NCBI GenBank assembly: GCA_012295275.1
Contig: CM022679.1
Location: 20,956,001 to 21,020,000, forward strand
Origin: Chrysomallon squamiferum
Lineage: Eukaryota > Animalia > Mollusca
Length of the DNA: 64,000 nt
Direction of reading: 5' to 3'
Shown here: one piece after another, positions 54,922 to 64,000 of the stretch
Position numbering within the stretch: position 1 is the stretch's first letter
How the letters are laid out: each line of letters opens with the position of its first letter
Program-made: the position numbers and the translations under genes
Notes under the pieces: model-generated
What the model saw: only the letters and a program-made list of their open reading frames with translations
Told to the model about the DNA's origin: nothing
Database searches by the model: none

Positions 54922-57005
54922 ATTCAAAGAATTATTTCTGCGGGATAAGTCTTAAAATAACGTTTACGTTATTTTGTTTGATTTTGTTTGTTATCAAATT
55001 TTATACAATGATTTAATCAGAAAGAGTTTGAAAACTGCGTTGCGTTGTGTTGTTTTGAAATTAACGTCTAAAATGTTTTGTTGTCTTCCTAGAAAAACAG
55101 TATTTGTTTGTTTGTTTTGAAAATTACCTGTAATTATTTCTGTAGGACAATTTTTAAATGATTTACATCAAAATTTGTTTAGTTAAATCTTATTTTTTCT
55201 ACGTTTTCTTTTTGTTTTGTTTTGCTTTTGTTTCGTTTTTTTAATATATATTATTTACAAAATACTGTCTGCCACTGATGTGATTGTGTTTGTTTGACAC
55301 AGACTATCCATAATAAGATAGCACTACATGAATAAAATATTTTGAACTTAGTGTAATAATAACAGCAACAGCAATAATACCAACAACAACAATGATGATG
55401 GTAATAATAATGATGATGATGATGATGATGATGATGACGCGTAACAATTGCCTATTTCTGCCTAATTGTAGATGCCCACAACAGCAAAGTCGTAGATGAC
55501 AAGGCTGTAATCTTTCACATTCGTCTTCATTTGTGTCAGAACTGTTGTGTTTCTTGATTTCGATTTTCTGTGGGGGTTTTCTAGCAACTAAAGTACAAAA
55601 CTCCAAACTTGGCGAAATATTCAAACAAACGCTCCAAAGAAAAATCCCTTTAGTAGAAAAAAAATGTCGTTAAGATAGAGGCTTGACGTTTTACATGGTT
55701 GTTATGAATATCTACAAACAAACAAAAATATATACACGTTTGTTTATTTATTTTAAGATATAAATCTTATATTGTAGCAACTAAATTATAGGATAAAATT
55801 ATAATTAAATGTTTTGAATGAAAGGATTTTTTAACGTTCTCAGCTCGAATGCATCTTTTAGTAAGAAGTATCTAGAGCTTGGGAGAAAATAATACCATAT
55901 TATCTTCTTTGCTTTTGACCACGGAAATTGATTTGAAGAAACAGATCTGCAAGGAACGAGACCTAAATAATGCGATTATACGAGCATCTCAGTTTTCCTG
56001 CCACTGTAAGATGTTTGTAAAAATAATTTTTTGTTTTGTTTTTAAAATTCTGTGCGTTTTTTGGCACGTGACCGAGCATTCCCATGCATTTTAGTTTTCT
56101 ACACAGTGATCCGAAAAATTCAAATTGAAAATAAAACTAAGTTATGATGCACTCAGTTTTAGTTCAAGCAGATCACGCTATCGAATACGTAATGCAGATT
56201 TAGTTTTAAAAAATAACTCTGAATTTAGATACACACACACGCATATAAACACTAAATACAGACTGGGAATCATACATTCAAATACCCATTAAACACACTC
56301 ACACGCACACACACGCCCAAACACAGAGATCTCCACCATCGAGTTTAAACATAGTTCAACTGTGATTACAACATAACTGAATTTTCTCTACTGATGGTTT
56401 TTATGTGCGGTTTTTTTTTCTTTCTTTCTTTTTTTTTTTTTTCTATAATACAGTTTTATTCGTTTATTAATATAAAAAGAAACATTAAAATTTAAAAATT
56501 AATTTCTTGCTCTCTCTGGACTCTGAAATCATTTTTTTTTTTTTTTTTTTTTTTTTAAATGAAGGAAAATCCAGAAACACTGTATGCATTAAAACTGCAT
56601 ATTTTTCATATTTATTAATAATTCTATCAGATCACCAGCAACGTCAGCGACAGCAGCAACGACAACAGCAGTATACAAACATTCCAGAGATAGCAATAAT
56701 AGTAATAATAATTCTACTAGTAATATTAAAAGTAATAGTCAAAGTGGCAACAGTAGTAATGGTTAAAGTAGAAGTTTCAGTAAGAGATTATATATATGGA
56801 AGAGTGAATATTTGCATGAAAAATTAAACACTGAATCATTTTTTTTTTTTCTTACGAGAGTGTAAAAGAAATAATTTCGTATGAACCATCAGAAAGTTAT
56901 GTTCATATTTTAAAATTTGTGTTTTCCTTACTCTATTAAAGGAACTATGATGATGATAATGTCGATCACAGTGGTAGTAATGTTTGCTATGTGTTTGTAT
57001 TCCAG

Positions 57006-57140
57006 GTGCTATTCGAATCTCGGCACCTCTGCTAGTAGCTGCGCTGGTTCTGTGTGCAATGGCTGTGCTGTTCAGCGTGGCCGGCTCCTACCACGCCGAT
57101 ATAAAAACTCTGGTGTCCGGAGTCTTTTACATTCTCGCAG
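57006..57140 (+). CDS. TARP-like paralogue B, coding exon 3
   Basis: Acceptor tttgtattccag|, donor CAG|GTAAAA, 135 bp (same length as in paralogue A). GAIRISAPLLVAALVLCAMAVLFSVAGSYHADIKTLVSGVFYILA. Confidence 0.9.
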
Positions 57141-57243
57141 GTAAAATGACAAGAGATTATCTCTGTGGTGTCTGTTGACTTTCTTGTTTGAGGAAAACTA
57201 ATATACAAATTCGTGTCCAATTCAGTTGATATATATATTCATG

Positions 57244-57700
<457 letters not shown>

Positions 57701-57779
57701 ATATGTGTGTCTGTCAACTTACCTAAACAGTAACGCTATTTTGTCTCTACGATACTCAACTTTACAGTATCAATTTCAG

Positions 57780-58099
57780 GACTCAGTCTGGCAGTCGGAA
57801 TCATTCTGTTCATTTCAGCCATCAACGACGAAGTCGGTCACCGCAGCAGCAACAACGACGACGCATTCTCCTTCCACTACACGTACGGGTGGTCGTTTTT
57901 CGTGGCCGGGATCGGCTTCCTAACGTCGGAAATGGCGGCCATTTCGAGCATAAGCCTTTTTCTAAAACGCCACTCGGACTTGAGAGGAATGATGAACATC
58001 ATTCCTGGACTCAACGATAAGCTTTTTTATGATCGAATACACAACGTTATTAGAATTAATAATACGGAGAGCATTTTTATGGTAAATCAGAAACTGTAG
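57780..58099 (+). CDS. TARP-like paralogue B, last coding exon (total CDS 771 bp, 256 aa)
   Basis: Acceptor caatttcag|; GLSLAVGIILFISAINDEVGHRSSNNDDAFSFHYTYGWSFFVAGIGFLTSEMAAISSISLFLKRHSDLRGMMNIIPGLNDKLFYDRIHNVIRINNTESIFMVNQKL*. Closely resembles the CACNG5/7 TM3-ECL2-TM4 region. Confidence 0.9.
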
Positions 58100-59361
58100 C
58101 ATTGACGACAAGGACGTCACCACTGGAGCTGATTACATTAAATACAATTTTTTTTTTTTTTTTTAAATAAAAATAAAAATAATGCAGGGTGATGAAATGG
58201 TTTCGGTATTTTTGTAAGCTGACAACAGTTGTAAAGTCTGACTGCTGTGAAATAATAAAAGAGTGATAAACACAGAGCGAATTGATGTTCGTGGTGTCAG
58301 ACTGCGTCTGTGTTATTTTATTACCATCTTCTGGTTTCGTCGTCTTCTAGTCCTTTTTGTTTGTTTGTTTGTTGTTGTTAGTGTTGTGGTTGTTGCCGCA
58401 GCTGTTATAATTATTATCAGTACTTGTTGTTGTTGTTGTGTTGATGTTGTTATTAATGCTGTTGGTATTGTTTTTGCGGTTTATTTAATTTTATGATTTA
58501 TTTTTATTTAAAGTCTTTTAGTCTTTCTTTATCTACATGTTTTTCTATAAATTTATTATTTTTAATGTTATATTTTATTATTATTGTTGTTGCTGCAGTT
58601 GTTATTGTTGTTTCTGTTACTGTTATTATCAGTTGTCGTTGTTGTTGTTGTTATTAATATTATTAATGCTGTTGTTGTTATTAATATTATTAATGCTGTT
58701 GCTATTGTTATTGCGCTTTTTTTCAATTTTATAATTTATTTTAAAATAAATTATTTTTCTTCTATCTTTGTCTACTTCTTCTTTATCATTTTCTTTAAAC
58801 TTGTTACTTTTGTTGTTGTATCTTCTCTAATTATTGTTATTTTCTTGAATTATTTATTATCGTCATTAAAAAGACGGTCGTTGCGAAATATATTCACCTC
58901 TCCCATTTTAAGCAATGACTTTTCTATAAGTATAACGCTAATATCCCGTTCCGCCCACGTATTTCATTGTTTCTTACGCTGTAACGGAAACGAGGCGACC
59001 TTACAGCACTAGTCCGCCTCATTTTGATCTTCTAATGTTAATAACAGTAATGAGAAGTAATAGAAAAGTCTACTTCGTTATGTAAATGTTGTGAACTAGA
59101 CAGCAACGGCTGATAAGAAAATTACTGAACCTGAATGACAAAGGAATAAATATTCTTAGTATGTGTGTGTGTGTGTGTGCGGGTGCGTGCGTGCGTATGT
59201 TCTGATAAATGAAATTACTGACGATAAGTGACAGATTAACATAAATTGTCAGGAAAGGCGAACGCATTTCCTTGATTTGAAATGAAGAACGTAATACAGA
59301 TTTTAAAACTGAAAAAAAGTTGTCTTTGGTTTTATATTTACATTTATTTTAATCTTATACA

Positions 59362-59399
<38 letters not shown>

Positions 59400-60074
59400 C
59401 AACAACAATAATAATAATAATAATAAGAATAATGACAATGACAACACTGCAACAACAATAACAACAACAACAACAATAATAATATTAGTAACAATAATAA
59501 TAAAAAGTAATATAGTTACTAACGATAATAAAAACAACAATAAAAATATAAATTTTAAAACAGTAATTGTAATAATAATTATACAAAAAGGAAGTAAAAG
59601 AAATCAAATGAAACAAACTAGAAGGGGAGGAAAAAAATCGAGAAATGTTTACTTTGTCCTTAACGAGTATGCGTAAACAAGTCAGTGTTCTTTTGATGAT
59701 TTAATTACATTTCTTTTGTGTTGTTTATTTATTCTCAGCTATTTCAGGAGAAAACAAACAACAAAGATGCACGAACATTAATCCTAAAAGGACAATGTTA
59801 TTTTTGTGTAATTTTCAATTTATTTTAAATCCGTTTTTTGCAGAACACAAAGTAAATTATTAACTAAGACAGTCATTATGAACTGAGGGCATGTGGAACA
59901 TTTGAAGGGGAACAGAGACTGAAATATGTGAGAAGGGTGATTTACTTTCTGTGTGTTCGTGTTGTACTGTTTGACAGGGGTGGGGTCTCGAACCTCAGAA
60001 CAGTTCCTAGAAGGTCCGGGGTCCCCAAAGTATTGAGAATGACTGAAAAAATAATAATAGTAGTAATAATAACA

Positions 60075-60108
<34 letters not shown>

Positions 60109-60110
60109 CA

Positions 60111-60146
<36 letters not shown>

Positions 60147-60192
60147 GTAATATTAAGAAGAAGAAGAAGAAGAAGAAAAAAAACAACAACAA

Positions 60193-60241
<49 letters not shown>

Positions 60242-62584
60242 AATAAAATAAAATAAAATAAAAATAAAATAAAATAATATATATTTCGAGTAAAAAGAAT
60301 TAAAAATGAATATAGTTTAAAATAGTAACTTATACATTAACTCTCGGATCAAGCTAATCCTTAAGCCTAATCAAAAATAGGGTAACTGATGCTGAACGTT
60401 TCGTAACTATCTCTGCTGTTTTGGGGAACTGTTTGCCTGATAGCGTTATCAAAAGCAGTGTGTTGTGATTACCTTTTTACAGGAACACAAAAAGATCCGC
60501 TGTTACTAACAGAAAAGAAGTAAGATAGTTTTCGCTTTTCTCTGTCTTTGCATCTATTTTCTACAACATGTACATGTTCGCATTGAACTGCCGTAGATTA
60601 AATACGTGCTCCGTCGTGAAATAAAGTGTTTCTTCTTTTCTGAGTTTGCATAATAAACTAAACTGAATGGTATATGCTGCACAGTTCAGTAATTCTTACT
60701 ATTAGTGAAGTCAACGGGACGTGTGATATAGCTGGCAGTTTCAGTTTCACAGTACACAATCACGTGAAATGTCTCTGTTGTATAAAACTGATGTGAGTTT
60801 AATTTTCACAGCTGTGAAGTTTCAAATCAGTGTGGTCAATTGATATTTCAGTTCGGTTAATAAATAAACTAATACAGACAAACTAACATATATTTTTTTT
60901 TTTTTTTGAAATGTAAACAAAAGAAAACAGAAATTACTAGCTGATATATAGTGCATGTGTGTATATTTATAATATATCATAAATAACAAAATTTTAAAAA
61001 TTTAAATTTCCATCTAACACCTGTAGCGTACTTTTTTTTAAATATTCTTTTTAGAATTCTATATAAAAAGTAAAGAAAGAAAAGAACAGCGTTGTAATGA
61101 GTGGTTCTGCGCGTCATAGTTTTTATATATGTTGTTTGTTAATTTTCTTCAGGAGGCGACAAACTGAGTAATATAGATAATTTAATTTTCTTACAAAATC
61201 GTTTTCCATGAAATTTAATACGTATATTTCTACAAACGAAAATCTGCATATTTTTAAATTTTCTTTTACAATAATCACATTAGTGAAATCAAATATTCTC
61301 ATTAGCTCTTTTTTTTAATTTCTTTATATTTAGAGTCAGTTGTACTGTGATTTGGTAGTATTTTCAGCCAAAAATATAATATACATTATCATCATCATCA
61401 TCATCATCATCAATATCGTCATTATCATCATCATTATTTTTTTAATCAAAGATTTACAAAACTGAAGTAAAAATTCGTATTTACAGAAAGAGCTAAATGT
61501 TCTGACATACATACATATATACATACATACATACATACACATAGACACACAGACACATGAATGTCTTTTCGAAATGTCCACTAACAAAGCAAAGGCAAAA
61601 AGAAAAATAGAAAGTAAGATTAAAAAAAAAAAGAAGAAAGAAAGAAAAGAGAGAGAGAGAGAGAAAATTAATGTAAAAAAAAATAATTCTGATTTTAAAT
61701 TAATAAAATAAAAAATACATTTATTAAATTACGAAACCAAATATGAAAGAAAAGAAATGATAAAAAAAAACAAAAAAAAACACGAAAAGATCTATTTTAA
61801 AGCAAAATGTTTAAAAATATATTAAAACAGTATTTTCTAATATAATAATAGTTTTAACATCCAAAATATTACATATCAGTTCACTGGCCTATTTTTTTTT
61901 TTTTTCTAAATTGTTTTATTTTTTATTTTTCCATTTATTTATTTATTTTATTTTTTTATTGTTATTATTAATTTTTATGGGTTTTTTAAATTTCTTTGGC
62001 AAAATACGACGTATGACTGTATACATGTATGACTGGCATTCTAAGTTTATCATCATCATCATCATTATTATCAGTCATTATCATCATCATCATAATTATT
62101 GTTAGTATTGTTATTGCTATAATTATTACTACTGTTATCAATATTACCATTGTGGTTGTTATTATTATTATTATTTATTAAATTTTATTAGTAGTAAAGA
62201 TTGCTCTTTGATCACACATAAGTATCTTGTAGGACAGCTACTTAAAAACATAACGCGCGCACACACTACACACACACACGTACACACACACAAACACACA
62301 CAAACAAATGTTTTCAAAAAGAATCAATTATTAACATTCTAACAACAGTTGTTGATTATAATAAAGCTTTATACTAAAATAGTTTTAGAAACTGTTTAGA
62401 TCTTTAGAGCATCTTTATAAAGGTTTTTACACAGTTTTTGCTACGTATCTCTGGTTCTGTTTTCTGGTTGTGTGTTCTACTTAAAACATGCTGTTAATAT
62501 TTTAAAACTTGAAGTCGTAAAACAAATCCTTTTGGAAATTTCACCCGGTTAGTTATGAGCCAAAAAAAGTAATAATAATAATAA

Positions 62585-62624
<40 letters not shown>

Positions 62625-63199
62625 TAAATAATAATAATAAAACATCCTTCAAAAAATGTATGTAATTATTATTATTTTTATATGCTAATAGCATAAGGCC
62701 TAAAATTTGAAGAGAAAACAAATTATAAATTTATTTCCGTCGAAAATTAACTGTTGTCTATATATTCACACTCATCCTCGCACGCACACACGCACCATCA
62801 CTGACACAATGATACAATCATTCATTTATACAGAAACACACACAACATACAGACACACACGTACACAGAAACACACCATCCACGCGCACAAAAACACATA
62901 TATATATACACACATATATCTTAATTTAACATAGGTTTAAGGTTCAAACTATAAACAATGCCTTTGCTGGCCTATAATCAAACCAAAGATATTCTCACAT
63001 CCCTAACTTCCAGATTGTATGTGATCATACAGTATAATCAGTATCGTTCCAGAATAAACATGTGTTTGTGCACTTATTTTTAATTAACACAAATTTCTCT
63101 CATGACGTTCTATAATCAGCCGTTAAAAATAAACCACCTTTCTATTTAAAGGATGAATAACATTAATTTTGTTGAAGTAAATCTAATGAGAGATAAAAA

Positions 63200-63715
63200 T
63201 TAGTTGTTAATCGTTACATCTAACGGAGTAACTTTGTTTGCCAGGCTCTGCACGTCTGGTCGAAGATTTGCGCGCGTTCCTGTGCGCGGCATTGAGGTTC
63301 CTTGAATTAAGTTTTGTGCTTCGGCGGACACGTAGTAAATGGCGTACAGCTTGGGCACGAAAAGAAAAATCAGCGTTACCAAGGAGTTCGACAGCATGGC
63401 CACGGAGAGGAGCAGCGACCGAGTTGTCGTTCTTGACGTTGTGAAATACGTGGGGATGAAAGCCAACCAGAGCACGATCGTCGTGTACACGGAGAAACTC
63501 GTGAACCGCGACTCGTTGTAGTTGTCAGGCAGCCTGCGCGTTTTGATGGCGTGGAAAGCGCAGACGATCACGAGACTCAAGTTGCAGATCAAGCAGACGA
63601 GAAAGCCCATTTCCGGTAAGACGCACGTCACTTCCACGTACTTCTCGGCTAAATTCGGCATCACCGTGGCCGCGTAGGGTGCGCTGATAGCGATTCCTGC
63701 CACCACAACAAAGGC
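63200..63715 (-). CDS. Class C GPCR, metabotropic glutamate receptor-like, last coding exon (TM4 end to TM7 and C-tail; upstream exons lie beyond the window end)
   Basis: Minus-strand acceptor tttttctgattcag| at 63716, phase 0. AFVVVAG...YVEVTC...NLSLVIVCAFHAIKTRRLPDNYNESRFTSFSVYTTIVLWLAFIPTYF...LIFLFVPKLYAIY matches the 7tm_3 motifs KTRxxPxNFNE, YTTxxxWLAFxPxYF and FxPKxY. Confidence 0.92.
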   Translation of the reverse strand, partial: AFVVVAGIAISAPYAATVMPNLAEKYVEVTCVLPEMGFLVCLICNLSLVIVCAFHAIKTRRLPDNYNESRFTSFSVYTTIVLWLAFIPTYFTTSRTTTRSLLLSVAMLSNSLVTLIFLFVPKLYAIYYVSAEAQNLIQGTSMPRTGTRANLRPDVQSLANKVTPLDVTINN

Positions 63716-63806
63716 CTGAATCAGAAAAATAAACAGAATATATTAATCTACAAAGACTTTCTAATAATGATGACTTCAAATCTTCTTTCTTTCTTTGTTA
63801 TGGTTT

Positions 63807-63859
<53 letters not shown>

Positions 63860-63901
63860 TAATAATAATAATAAAAACAGAAATAAAGAAAGTAAGAAAA
63901 T

Positions 63902-63938
<37 letters not shown>

Positions 63939-64000
63939 CACGGGTAAATAATTAAATATTTATATTATATTTATAGATATGATGATTATTAGAAACTGAA

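Noticed and set aside
59970-60045. Short hAT-like remnant, and similar GC-rich scraps at ~10800-11070, ~28060-28135 and ~35270-35360
   Set aside because: No paired TIRs or TSDs could be verified by eye; these need a repeat-library search.
63238-63779. Overlapping ORFs in other frames or the other strand of the GPCR exon
   Set aside because: Shadow ORFs of a GC-richer coding exon with no recognisable motifs.

Overview
Very AT-rich, microsatellite-dense, intron-containing animal DNA. The repeat landscape suggests an octopod cephalopod or another mollusc, but that is inference. Four protein-coding genes can be rebuilt by hand from splice sites with consistent phases. (1) The first two coding exons of a PMP22/claudin-superfamily gene on the minus strand (8834-8621, 3354-3250); no further exon was found in 1-3249, so the rest probably lies outside the window. 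(2, 3) Two complete tandem paralogues of the TARP/stargazin (CACNG5/CACNG7-like) family on the plus strand, each with four coding exons and all phase-1 introns (A: 32575-37851, 253 aa; B: 47445-58099, 256 aa). (4) The last coding exon of a divergent metabotropic-glutamate-receptor-like class C GPCR on the minus strand (63715-63200), convergent with paralogue B. The most unusual feature is a ~3 kb minisatellite (49308-52289) made from the exon2/intron2 junction of paralogue B. It repeats the 5' splice donor about 69 times, only the first copy preserves the reading frame, and the array ends directly against a mariner-like MITE. Exon 3 of both paralogues is also bracketed by complementary (CT)n upstream and (GA)n downstream tracts. 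Several DNA-transposon MITEs or fragments (Tigger/pogo, hAT, Tc1/mariner-like) and other minisatellites are present. No rRNA, tRNA or CRISPR was found.
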